Shown in pieces: positions 29,020 to 38,146 of a DNA stretch of 64,000 nt. This DNA comes from a virus. The stretch covers positions 1 to 64,000 of IMG/VR virus record IMGVR_UViG_3300044815_000165. The stretch is one strand, 5' to 3'. Numbering within the stretch: position 1 is the stretch's first letter; every line of letters begins with the position of its first letter. Below the pieces are notes generated by a model. That model saw nothing but the letters and a program-made list of their open reading frames with translations. It had not been told where the DNA came from and made no database searches. The translations under genes were made by a program, and so were the position numbers.

Positions 29020-29553
29020 ATGGCAGCAACCGTCCTTATTCGCGAGTGGAACGGCACCACGGGTGTCCCCACGCAGACCGACAAGACATCGGGAACCATC
29101 CGCTACAAGCAGGCGAACGACTCGACGGTCGACGCGATCAACCCGCTCGTCAAGCCGGCGGCGGGCTCGCAGCGCAGCTTCGAGAAGTGGATGCAGCTCA
29201 GGATCGGGGCGACGCCGCCGACGGGGTCGATCACGAACCTGCAGTGGTACACCGACGGGTCGAACAACTACGGCACCGGCATCACCGCCTTCATCCGCAC
29301 GACCAACATCGCGAGCGGCGCGTTCGTCACGCCGACGACGCCGGCGAACGACGCGGCGGGCACGAGCCAGTTCTCGTTCGCCACCGGGTCGCGCAAGAAC
29401 ATGGACGCGGTGACGGCCGGCGCGCCGTACTCCGCGGCCAACACGGACATCGGCGACTTCGGCATCCTGTGGATGACGATCGACAGCACCGTGTCGGCGC
29501 CGCAGAACCCGACGTCGTCGGAGACGCTGACCTGGTCCTACGACGAGACCTAG
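29020..29553 (+). CDS. Beta-rich virion protein, possible filament subunit
   Basis: TACGAT -10 box and GGAG RBS; RSFEKWMQLR..ITNLQWY..SETLTWSYDET; T/G/N-rich. Confidence 0.7.
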   Translation: MAATVLIREWNGTTGVPTQTDKTSGTIRYKQANDSTVDAINPLVKPAAGSQRSFEKWMQLRIGATPPTGSITNLQWYTDGSNNYGTGITAFIRTTNIASGAFVTPTTPANDAAGTSQFSFATGSRKNMDAVTAGAPYSAANTDIGDFGILWMTIDSTVSAPQNPTSSETLTWSYDET

Positions 29554-29562
29554 GAGATCACG

Positions 29563-30015
29563 ATGACCAAACAACGAGAAAAGATGACCATCGCCATCGA
29601 GGATGTCGCCACCATCGACGCGCCTTCGATCGGAAACGCACGTCCCCGCACGCTGCACTTCGACGAGCTGAAGATCGGCATGCGCGTCGCGTTCGTCGAC
29701 GACACGCTCAACAAGTTCCCGCGCTCGCACGTGCCGGTACCGCACGAGTCGAACGAGGCGATCGCAGGTCGCGTGCTGCTCGTCGTCGGGCTCGACGCGG
29801 TCACGCCGGGCAAGACGGTCGGCGTCTACTGCAAGGAACCCATCCCAGGCGGTCACAGCTGCGACGGGCGCGTGCCGGACGGTCATGGCTTGTACCTGCT
29901 GCCGGACCATCTCTACACGATCGCCGCTCTCACCGAGCACCAGCGGATGGCCGAGCACGCCGTCGTCGAGCATCGCGCCATCGCCTCGATGATCGAAGAG
30001 TTCGACGCGGGATGA
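29563..30015 (+). CDS. Hypothetical protein
   Basis: AGGAG RBS; GGHSCDGRVPDGHG motif. Confidence 0.65.
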   Translation: MTKQREKMTIAIEDVATIDAPSIGNARPRTLHFDELKIGMRVAFVDDTLNKFPRSHVPVPHESNEAIAGRVLLVVGLDAVTPGKTVGVYCKEPIPGGHSCDGRVPDGHGLYLLPDHLYTIAALTEHQRMAEHAVVEHRAIASMIEEFDAG

Positions 30016-30497
30016 CCGAGCTGACCCCATCGCAGCGGCAGAGCATGATCGCCGCCGGCGGGTGCGTGCACACGCCGAACCCGTTCGTCGGGTGTGACAC
30101 GTGCGAGCGTCCGCCGATCACGGTGCCGACCGAGGGTGTCATCGCGTACAGCTTCGTCGCGCAGACCATCGACGGCACCGTGATCACGCGATCGGACTCG
30201 CCTTCTGTCGAGGACCTCCCGCTCGAGACGGTTCGCCAGCTCGTCATCCTCACCGACTCGCCGCGCATCCCGCGCGTGATCGTCTGCTGCGATCCCGACA
30301 AGGGCGAGCGCGTGTTTCGCTTTCGCCGCAACATCCAGAAGATGTCGGCGATCGCGGATGACGGTCCGATGAAGGTGAAGTCGCGGCTGCAGGTCGAGGT
30401 GATCGAGATCCGCGACCTCGGCACCGGCAAGGCTACGCGCCTCTACCTGCACCCGACGCTCGGTCCGATCTTCTCGTCGCAAGACCACTACTGGTAG
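30012..30497 (+). CDS. Hypothetical protein
   Basis: ATGA overlap with previous stop; CVH..CDTC N-terminus. Confidence 0.65.
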   Translation: MTELTPSQRQSMIAAGGCVHTPNPFVGCDTCERPPITVPTEGVIAYSFVAQTIDGTVITRSDSPSVEDLPLETVRQLVILTDSPRIPRVIVCCDPDKGERVFRFRRNIQKMSAIADDGPMKVKSRLQVEVIEIRDLGTGKATRLYLHPTLGPIFSSQDHYW

Positions 30498-30503
30498 GAG
30501 ACC

Positions 30504-31703
30504 ATGCAGCTCGAACACGTCCGCTCACCACATGTGCAGGGCGTCGCGCCGCGGTCGGTGTACGGCGCTGGCGAAGACGCGCGAGCCATCGCCATCGCGC
30601 GCGAGGCTGCGAAGGGCAACATCCGGCCGCTGCCAGTGATCGCGGCGCGTCGCGTGATCGGCGTGGTCGGCGGACGCGAGGCATTCTCGGACGAGACCCA
30701 GTTCACGCCGCTCCGCCACGGTGCGCGCATGAGCGAGTTGCGCAGAACGATCGCTGACATGATCGACGTCCAGCGCGACGACTCCATCTGGCGCGCGCGG
30801 CAGCATCAGGAGCTGATGCCGGTCACCGACGCGAACCAGATCAGCGACTCGATGTCGAACGGCAAGAGCGGGGCGACCTTCTTCTCGAAGACGCCGTCCG
30901 CCGCGATGATCGCGAACAACTGGTACGATTACTGGCCGCTCGCGGGATCGCCGAACGCCGGCGGCATCGCCGGCACGGCGCGCACGGCACAGCGCTGGGA
31001 CGACACGAGCACTGGGGCACTCAATCACCGTGGCAACGTGTCGACCGACACGAAGCACACGGCGAGCCTCATGATGATCAACCAGGCGAATACGCCGTTG
31101 ACGATGCCGTACGACCGCGTCGGGTCGTGGGACGCGTGCTCCTTCACGACGTCGAACCAGACGTTCACGAACACGCTCTCGCCGCAACGCTACAACGCCG
31201 GTGCACCTGGTTTGCTGCCTGTGATGGTGACGAACACCGTCCTCAGCGCAACTGCCACGAACCTTATGCGCTTCGCGTACACCGACCAGGGCGGCACGAC
31301 CGCGCAGCTCATGCCGACGGGCACGACCGTCTCCGCGATCGTGTCGGCGGCGGCACCGACGACCACGCTCGGGGCTCGCGTGATCGCGCCGAGCACGAGC
31401 GCGAACACGTTCCCGTGGATCTTCCACCTGCCGCTCGCGTCCGGCGACAGCGGCATGCGCGTGCCCGAGGACTACACGTGGTCCGCAGCCAACACGGGCA
31501 CGTTCACGCTGATCGGCATGTACCCGTTCGGATACATCCTCAACCCGGTCGCGGCGATCCCGGCGGAGAAGGACTTCATCTACCAGATGCCAGCCCTCGA
31601 GCGCATGTACGACGGCGCGTGCGTCTCGTTCATGGCCTTCGTGCCCGCAGCCACGGCGATCGCGATCGCGCAGGGGCGCCTCTCCTTCCTCTGGCATTCA
31701 TGA
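30504..31703 (+). CDS. Virion protein, paralogue 1 of 4
   Basis: W..AGSP, YDR, YTDQGG, PLASGDSGMR, MYDGAC motifs shared by the four paralogues. Confidence 0.75.
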   Translation: MQLEHVRSPHVQGVAPRSVYGAGEDARAIAIAREAAKGNIRPLPVIAARRVIGVVGGREAFSDETQFTPLRHGARMSELRRTIADMIDVQRDDSIWRARQHQELMPVTDANQISDSMSNGKSGATFFSKTPSAAMIANNWYDYWPLAGSPNAGGIAGTARTAQRWDDTSTGALNHRGNVSTDTKHTASLMMINQANTPLTMPYDRVGSWDACSFTTSNQTFTNTLSPQRYNAGAPGLLPVMVTNTVLSATATNLMRFAYTDQGGTTAQLMPTGTTVSAIVSAAAPTTTLGARVIAPSTSANTFPWIFHLPLASGDSGMRVPEDYTWSAANTGTFTLIGMYPFGYILNPVAAIPAEKDFIYQMPALERMYDGACVSFMAFVPAATAIAIAQGRLSFLWHS

Positions 31704-32806
31704 ACCTCGAAACGGCGCCAGCGATCCGCACGCGACGCAAGGCTCGTCAGAGCGAGCTGGACGAGGCGCGCGCGATCGAACGCGCGGCGTGGTTGTGGCG
31801 CGGTGTGCCGTTCCCGATCCCCGTGGTGTCGCACGGCAAGTACCTCGGCGTGGTGTGCGGCGACCGCGTCACGGAGGAGCCGACGTTCGTCGACGCGCTC
31901 CACGCGATGCCGATCTCGAGCACGTACGACGGTCACGTCGAACGCAACTGGGGCCGCAAGCAGCACCGCTTCACCTGGTCGGTACGGTTCGGCAACGGCG
32001 TGCTCGGCAACTGGTACTCGCTGTGGCCGTGCCTCGGCGATCCGGGGCCTGGCTTGTACACAGGCACGGCACGCGCCGCGGTCTCGTACACGCGCGCGAG
32101 CCCTGGCGCGATGCGCCTCGGCAAGGCCGTCACGCCGTCGCTGCGCTACGCGCGTCGCTGCACGGAGTTTCCGAGCGTCGACGCGGCGCACGGCTACGTC
32201 GTCGTCGATCGCGCCATCGCTTACAACGCATGCACGATGAGCGCGTCGTTGCAGTCGACGAACAACACCGTCACCGCGACGCGCAACATCAGCGCGGGCG
32301 AGCGCGGCTATCAGATCTTCGGCGTCGCCGACACCGTGCACAACGCGACCGCCGCATCCATGAGCGCGATGATCTACACCAACCAGGCAGGCACTGGATC
32401 GCGCAACGTCGACACGACCGTGACGCTCACCAAGATCGTGTCGCTCGCTGCACCGACCAACACGAACGGTGCGCGCAACCTCTTCCAGACACCCGGAGCC
32501 GCGACGCGTGGTCCTGCGACGCCGTGGATCTCGCTGCAGGCTGGTGATCGCGGCGTGCGGCAGATCGACAGCTACACGTTCTCCGCGGCGCCGACCGGAA
32601 CGTGCTGCTTCGAGCTGGACTTCCCGATCTACTTGTCACCCGACGGCTACCGCGGCGGCGCGGCGACCGACTACGAGATGATCTCCGGGATCGAGGCGCT
32701 GTACGGCGCGCGCCTCTACGACGATGCTTGCCTCACCGTGATCGGGTTCGGCACGACGGCGACCGACAAGATCATTCACGGAGCCATCGCAGTAGGCTGG
32801 ACCTGA
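31700..32806 (+). CDS. Virion protein, paralogue 2 of 4
   Basis: ATGA overlap; WYSLWP..GDP, VDR, YTNQAG, LQAGDRGVRQIDSYT, LYDDACL. Confidence 0.75.
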   Translation: MNLETAPAIRTRRKARQSELDEARAIERAAWLWRGVPFPIPVVSHGKYLGVVCGDRVTEEPTFVDALHAMPISSTYDGHVERNWGRKQHRFTWSVRFGNGVLGNWYSLWPCLGDPGPGLYTGTARAAVSYTRASPGAMRLGKAVTPSLRYARRCTEFPSVDAAHGYVVVDRAIAYNACTMSASLQSTNNTVTATRNISAGERGYQIFGVADTVHNATAASMSAMIYTNQAGTGSRNVDTTVTLTKIVSLAAPTNTNGARNLFQTPGAATRGPATPWISLQAGDRGVRQIDSYTFSAAPTGTCCFELDFPIYLSPDGYRGGAATDYEMISGIEALYGARLYDDACLTVIGFGTTATDKIIHGAIAVGWT

Positions 32807-33921
32807 TGCTGGCGATCCACACCGAGAGCAAGACGCGGTTCCACCCGTCGCTCGTTTCGCACGTGCTGCGTCGCGCGGCGCGAAACATCGTCGGGACGGA
32901 GAGCACCGTCGGCGTCTACGCGGACGAGCGCTGCGTGGGGCTCGTGCGCGGCGAGAGCGGCAGTCGTCGCGTGCGGGTCAAGCCGATCACCCACAAGCAG
33001 TGGTGCGGCTTCAACGACCAGGCGGCGATCGAGGCGGCGGTGCGCGCCGGCAAGATCATCGAGCCCGTCTTCAACAAGGTGGCCAACGCCTTCAACTCGG
33101 TGAACGTGTGGGGCGACCTCTGGCCCGTCGGCTTCTACCCGCAGCAGGGTACGTACGGCGGCACAGCTGCGACGGCGCGACAGCTGGACCAGACCACGCC
33201 GGGCGCTTTCGAGATCCGCCACAAGACGCCGGGGGCCGGCGAGACGCGCCATTTCATGGGCGCGCACCAGGTCTCTCTTCAGAGCGGCGCTTCGACGGCA
33301 ATCGCGCAGGAGCAATGGCTCTACGACCGCACGCTCCAATACGACGGCTGCACGATCACCACGTCGACGACGACGATGACCAACACGATCACCGCCGCGC
33401 GCCACATCAGCGCGGGCGAGGACGGGTTGCAGATCTGCGTCACCGGCGTCGCCGCGCTCGGCGCGACGGCGAGCAACCTGACGAGCGTCGTGATCGTCGA
33501 CAACGCCGGCAACACGGCGGTGTCGCTCACGCCGGGCTACACGATGCCCTGGTGGACGAACGGTCTCGCCGGCGCATCCAACGCGCTCGCGCCCGTCGTC
33601 GTGCCACACGACAACGGCAACACGACCACGATCGCGCCGTGGCTGCCGATGCCTCCCGGCGTGCGCGGCTGCCGGTCGGTCACGAGCTTCGCGTCGTCGG
33701 CCAACAACACCGGAACCGTCGCGGTCACGCTCATCAAGCCGATCGCCTTCATGTGGACGTCGGCCGGATCGATCGTCCACAACCACGACAGCTCGCGCCT
33801 CGGCTTCCAGATGGGACGCGTCTACGACAGCGCGTGCCTGAACCTCCTGTTGCGGAGCTTCTTCAACAACGGCGGTGCCACGTTCACCAACTTCGGACAG
33901 ATCCGACTCGTCCACGGGTGA
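32806..33921 (+). CDS. Virion protein, paralogue 3 of 4
   Basis: TGATG overlap; WGDLWP, LYDRTLQYDGC, PMPPGVRGCRSV, VYDSACL. Confidence 0.75.
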   Translation: MLAIHTESKTRFHPSLVSHVLRRAARNIVGTESTVGVYADERCVGLVRGESGSRRVRVKPITHKQWCGFNDQAAIEAAVRAGKIIEPVFNKVANAFNSVNVWGDLWPVGFYPQQGTYGGTAATARQLDQTTPGAFEIRHKTPGAGETRHFMGAHQVSLQSGASTAIAQEQWLYDRTLQYDGCTITTSTTTMTNTITAARHISAGEDGLQICVTGVAALGATASNLTSVVIVDNAGNTAVSLTPGYTMPWWTNGLAGASNALAPVVVPHDNGNTTTIAPWLPMPPGVRGCRSVTSFASSANNTGTVAVTLIKPIAFMWTSAGSIVHNHDSSRLGFQMGRVYDSACLNLLLRSFFNNGGATFTNFGQIRLVHG

Positions 33922-33934
33922 TACGGTGAGCGTC

Positions 33935-34261
33935 ATGAGCGTCGAGCAGCACGCGGCTTTCCTCTTCGAGAAGCATCCGAGACTTCTCCAGATCCAGATC
34001 GAGGAGACCGGCGAGACGCGCTTCTGGTTCGGGATCGGGTTGTCGTCGCCGCTACTCGTCGTCGACGACTCCTCGTACATCAACGCGCCGGCCTCGATGT
34101 GGTTCACCGACGCGCTCGACACGCACGACGAGCGCATCGAAGCCTCTGGTCTCGTCGACATGCGCGACGCCGTCCTCGTGTTTCGTGACGAAGCCACTGC
34201 CGCAGGTGTGGTCCTGCCGCAAGTCTGGCACCGGACGATGGTCGAAGAACCTGCCGAATGA
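33935..34261 (+). CDS. Hypothetical protein inserted in paralogue array
   Basis: TGa TACGGT-7nt-ATG; ORF fills the gap between paralogues 3 and 4. Confidence 0.55.
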   Translation: MSVEQHAAFLFEKHPRLLQIQIEETGETRFWFGIGLSSPLLVVDDSSYINAPASMWFTDALDTHDERIEASGLVDMRDAVLVFRDEATAAGVVLPQVWHRTMVEEPAE

Positions 34262-34292
34262 CCCGGGCTTCGTGATCCTGTAAAACGTAGGG

Positions 34293-35435
34293 ATGCACCT
34301 GCAACAGGCGCCGTCGGTCCGAACTCGCTCCAAGACGCGCGAGTCCGACCACGACCGCGAGCGCGCCATCTGGCAGGCGCTGCAGGGTGCACGCTGCTCC
34401 GGCAACGACCGCCTCCTGCCCGTCTACTTCCGTGGACGCCGCATCGCTTGGGTCGCGAGCGATCTCGAGCGCTACGTCGTCCTCCGTCACGAGTCGTGGA
34501 TGGACAAGCACGTCGACCGCGTCGGTCGCCTCTTCGGGTGGACGCGGATCGATCACATCATTCGCGACTCGACACAGTTCGGCCAGGCGTGCGTGCGGAT
34601 GTGGTCGAAGAACATCTACAACTCCGGGCTGCTGACACCTCGGTGGCATCACCTCCACGGCGTCGCCGGCAACCCGGGCGCGAACACGTTCGCGGGCACA
34701 GCACTGCAGTCGAAACGTCACAGCGACGCACTCGACATGGGCATCGACCACGGCGGCAACGTCTCGCCAATGGTGAAGTTCCTGCTTGGCGGTGGTGCAC
34801 GCATCGGTGCTACCGGCACGTTCGCCGAGACCGCGCTGTTCCTGCTCTACGATCTCGTCGTGAGCTACGACCAGTGCGGGTTCGTCGCGGGCTCGCAGTC
34901 GATGTCGACGACCGCCGGCGTGAACGACGCGCTCCGCTACGTCGGCACGAACGATCCTGGCCTCGTCATCATGCCGATGACGACCGCCGCGAACGGCAAC
35001 ATCGCGTACACGTCGCTCGCGTACACGAGCGACACTGGAACCGCGCCCGAGGGCGCCGCCGCGGTGACGACCTCGCTACAGACCGTCTTCACGTCGGCTG
35101 CACCGACCGCGGGGGACCAGTGGGTCAGCGCGATCGAGTACAGCGGATCGCACTCGATGCTCAGCATCCCGCTCCGTGCTGGCGACACCGGCGTGAAGCA
35201 GATCGACAGCTTCACGATGGGTACCACCGTCGCCGGTCAGATCGCATTCCTCCTAGGCGGTCCGCTCGGCTGGTTCCCGGTACACGGTGGCGACTATTAC
35301 CATCCGATGGACTTCGTGAAGATCACTACCGAGGAGCCCGTGATCCTCGATGGTGCGTGCCTCACGTGGGTCATGCACAGCGTGTCCCTCAACCAGGTGT
35401 TCAGCGGTCACCTCAACTTCGCGTGGGGCTCATGA
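34293..35435 (+). CDS. Virion protein, paralogue 4 of 4
   Basis: WHHLHGVAGNP, LYDLVVSYDQC, YTSDTG, PLRAGDTGVKQIDSFT, ILDGACL. Confidence 0.75.
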   Translation: MHLQQAPSVRTRSKTRESDHDRERAIWQALQGARCSGNDRLLPVYFRGRRIAWVASDLERYVVLRHESWMDKHVDRVGRLFGWTRIDHIIRDSTQFGQACVRMWSKNIYNSGLLTPRWHHLHGVAGNPGANTFAGTALQSKRHSDALDMGIDHGGNVSPMVKFLLGGGARIGATGTFAETALFLLYDLVVSYDQCGFVAGSQSMSTTAGVNDALRYVGTNDPGLVIMPMTTAANGNIAYTSLAYTSDTGTAPEGAAAVTTSLQTVFTSAAPTAGDQWVSAIEYSGSHSMLSIPLRAGDTGVKQIDSFTMGTTVAGQIAFLLGGPLGWFPVHGGDYYHPMDFVKITTEEPVILDGACLTWVMHSVSLNQVFSGHLNFAWGS

Positions 35436-37276
35436 ACCTCTGGAACCGGCCAGGCTTCGCCTACGGTCATCTCTACGGCAACCAGGTTGCCGTCGCGTGG
35501 CCTGGTCAGGAGTGGTGCGACCGCGGTCCGCTGATCTCGATGACGGTCGGCATGCCGCCGGACACGCTCACGGTGACCGGCGGCATGACGTGGATCATCC
35601 CGCAGAGCGTCGGCTCGTACACGCTCACCGCGACGGCGAACGCGGTCATCGGCGCGTCGCGCACGATCACCACCATCGCGAACGCGGTCATCAAGGCGCA
35701 GCAGGCGATCTCCGCGATCGCGAACGCGGTCATCGGGACGAGCTTCACCGACACCACCGTCGCGAACGCAGTGATCAAGGCTGCGCAGAGCATCACCGCG
35801 AGCGCGAACGCGGTCCTGCAAGGACATCAGTCGGTGACGGCGAACGCGAACGCGGTCGTGCAGGCGGCTCAGTCGGCGACGGCGAACGCGAACGCCGTGA
35901 TCAAGGCAGCGCAGACGCTCTCCGCATCTGCCGACGCCGTCATCGCTCAGAGCCACACCGTCACGTCGTCGGCCAACGCGGTGATCCAGGCAGCGCAGAC
36001 GATCTCCGCCGCAGCGAACGCTGTCGTGCTCGCGCAGCAGCTCGTCACCGCGAGCGCGAACGCCGTGATCGCGCAAACCCACACCGACACCGCGAGCGCG
36101 AACTCCGTGATCGAGGCACAGCAAGCCGTGTCCGCGGTGGCGAACGCCGTCATCGAGGCGCAGCAATCGTTGACAGCGTCAGCCGACGCGATCATCGCGA
36201 ACCGCCTCGCCGACACCGTCTCCGCCGATGCAGTGATCCAGGCAAAGCAGATCGTCACGGTCGCGGCCGACGCGGTGATCCAGGCCGCGCAAGGTGTCGT
36301 CGCGCAGGCGAACGCCGTCATCATCAACGTCGGCGGCACGCAAGTGTTCGTGGGTGCCGACGCCGTGATCCGGGCCGCGCAGATCGTCATCGCGCAGGCG
36401 AGCGCTGTCGTGCAGGCATCACAGATGATCACGGCGAGCGCGAACGCCGTCATCGGTGCCGAGCTGCTCCGAACCGTCGCCGCGAACGCCGTGATCAAGA
36501 CGAGCTTCTCCGACACCGCGAGCGCGAATGCAGAGATCGCGTTGACGTCCGTGGTCGTCGCGAGCGCGAGCGCCGTGTTGCAGCTGCGTTCGACGATCGC
36601 CGCGAGCGCGAGCGCGGTCATCCAGGCGCATCTCGACGGGACGGCGAACGCGAACGCGGTCGTGCAGGGGCATCAATCCGTTGCAGACGTGGCGAACGCC
36701 GTCATCGCTCTCCGTCACCAGATCCAGTCCTCCGCCGATGCAGTAGTCCGCGCAGCACAGAGCTTCAGCGCAAATGCCGACGCGATCGTGCGCTCCACCA
36801 TCAACCTCGTCGCGTTCGCGAACGCAGTCGTGCAGGCACATCAGGTCGTACCCGCAACTGCCGACGCCGTGATCCAGGCTGCGCAGTCGCACACAGCTGC
36901 GGCCGATGCCGAGATCGCGAACGCCATCTACCTCAGCCTCAACGCCGACGCGATCGTCAAGGCGCTGCAGACGGTGGGTGTCGACGGCAACGCGGTGATC
37001 CAGGGCAACATCCTCCAACAGCTCAGCGCGAACGCCTTCGTCGCACAACCAGAGATGCAGACGGCGAACGCGAACGCCGTCATCATCCTGCCGTACCCGG
37101 TGATCATCGGCCTCCTCAGCAGCGTCGGAGACCTGCTCGCGTCGCTCGCGCTTGGTCTCGAGATGGACGCCAGCATCACGTCGCGCAACGACCTCGCGAG
37201 CGACATCATCGAGGATGACGGTGCGCTCGGTGGTACGATCACGGTCCGCGATGACCTGGATGGAGACCTGACATGA
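35432..37276 (+). CDS. Repeat protein (about 35 x 14 aa), putative filament core/ruler
   Basis: ATGA overlap; consensus T-V-T-A-S-A-N/D-A-V-I-Q-A-A-Q. Confidence 0.8.
   Translation: MNLWNRPGFAYGHLYGNQVAVAWPGQEWCDRGPLISMTVGMPPDTLTVTGGMTWIIPQSVGSYTLTATANAVIGASRTITTIANAVIKAQQAISAIANAVIGTSFTDTTVANAVIKAAQSITASANAVLQGHQSVTANANAVVQAAQSATANANAVIKAAQTLSASADAVIAQSHTVTSSANAVIQAAQTISAAANAVVLAQQLVTASANAVIAQTHTDTASANSVIEAQQAVSAVANAVIEAQQSLTASADAIIANRLADTVSADAVIQAKQIVTVAADAVIQAAQGVVAQANAVIINVGGTQVFVGADAVIRAAQIVIAQASAVVQASQMITASANAVIGAELLRTVAANAVIKTSFSDTASANAEIALTSVVVASASAVLQLRSTIAASASAVIQAHLDGTANANAVVQGHQSVADVANAVIALRHQIQSSADAVVRAAQSFSANADAIVRSTINLVAFANAVVQAHQVVPATADAVIQAAQSHTAAADAEIANAIYLSLNADAIVKALQTVGVDGNAVIQGNILQQLSANAFVAQPEMQTANANAVIILPYPVIIGLLSSVGDLLASLALGLEMDASITSRNDLASDIIEDDGALGGTITVRDDLDGDLT
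35621..37096 (+). repeat. Degenerate 42-bp coding tandem repeat, about 35 copies
   Basis: Recurring GCGAACGC(C/G)GT(C/G)ATC core with 42-nt period; one lengthened junction (INVGGTQ) at mid-array. Confidence 0.9.
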
Positions 37277-37713
37277 GCTGCACGAACGGGTGCGACAACA
37301 ACGCGTGCGTCACGTGTGGAGGCAGCGGTCCGCCCGTCTGCGTCATGCAGGGCGAGACGAAGACGTTCCTCCTGCTGGTGAAGGTGCTCGCCACGAAGGT
37401 GCCGCAGAACCTCGATCTCGTGAAGATCTACTTCACGGTCAAGGAGCGCGTCGACGACATCGCGCCGTTCATCCTGAAGCGCACCGTGGACGCCGGTGGC
37501 GCAGTCGGCGAGATCGTCATCGCGACGCCACAGGCGACGGCTGCGAACACGGGGCGCGCGACGATCACCCTCACGTCGGACGACACGAAGCTATTCAGGC
37601 CGGGCGTCGCGTACTGGTTCGACGTGTGGGTCGTCCTGCCAACCGGGGAAGAGCGTCCGGTGATCCGCCGGCGCCAGATCGCCGTCGACACCCGCATCAC
37701 CATCATCCCGTAG
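37273..37713 (+). CDS. BppU N-terminal-like anchoring protein with Cys-rich N-terminus
   Basis: QGETKTF..PQNL..IYFTVK..GRATITLTSDDT..YWFDVWV pattern. Confidence 0.65.
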   Translation: MSCTNGCDNNACVTCGGSGPPVCVMQGETKTFLLLVKVLATKVPQNLDLVKIYFTVKERVDDIAPFILKRTVDAGGAVGEIVIATPQATAANTGRATITLTSDDTKLFRPGVAYWFDVWVVLPTGEERPVIRRRQIAVDTRITIIP

Positions 37714-37721
37714 GAGACCTC

Positions 37722-38102
37722 GTGAACGACACCCTCAAGATCGCAGCTCGGCTCAGCATCCACCCGTCTCCGTCGGCCGTCTCATCGTCCGGCCGGCCGT
37801 CGACCGACGTCGAGATCGTCGAGGGCTTCGCCGTCGTGAAGAAGCTCGACACGATGTACACGCTCGACGCCGCGCCCGCCGTCACCATCGGGATGGGCGA
37901 TCTCGACGGCGCGAACTTCATCTTCATCTACTCGGACGAGTCGGTGACGGTCGAGGTGACCAGCGCGCTCGGCACGGCGCAGACCCTGCCGGGAAGGATC
38001 GTGTTGCTGATCGACCCGGCCGAGTCCGTGACGCTCATCCGCCTGACGCAGAAGAACGGCGTGACCGCGAACGTGCGGATCGTCCTGGGGCAGCTCGCGT
38101 AG
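37722..38102 (+). CDS. Small beta-rich hypothetical structural protein
   Basis: AGGAG RBS, GTG start; last gene of the structural cassette. Confidence 0.65.
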   Translation: MNDTLKIAARLSIHPSPSAVSSSGRPSTDVEIVEGFAVVKKLDTMYTLDAAPAVTIGMGDLDGANFIFIYSDESVTVEVTSALGTAQTLPGRIVLLIDPAESVTLIRLTQKNGVTANVRIVLGQLA

Positions 38103-38109
38103 CGTTTGC

Positions 38110-38140
38110 GTTGACATTGTCAACGATAAACGTGTAGATT
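38110..38140 (+). promoter_or_regulatory. Sigma70-type promoter with palindromic operator over -35 (copy 1)
   Basis: GTTGACATTGTCAAC; TTGACA-18-TAGATT-6nt-GTG. Confidence 0.8.
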
Positions 38141-38146
38141 CCACAG

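Noticed and set aside
3589-35431. N-terminally extended ORF calls such as 3589-5472, 28356-30497, 31127-32806 and 34448-37276
   Set aside because: The extensions overlap upstream genes; real starts coincide with stop/start overlaps at 4654, 30012, 31700 and 35432
30504-35435. Diversity-generating retroelement or invertible shufflon acting on the paralogues
   Set aside because: No reverse transcriptase, no near-identical TR/VR pair, no recombinase or inverted crossover sites seen; all copies are full-length and co-oriented
35621-37096. Possible CRISPR array
   Set aside because: Repeats are degenerate, in-frame 42-nt coding units without identical repeats or unique spacers; no cas genes
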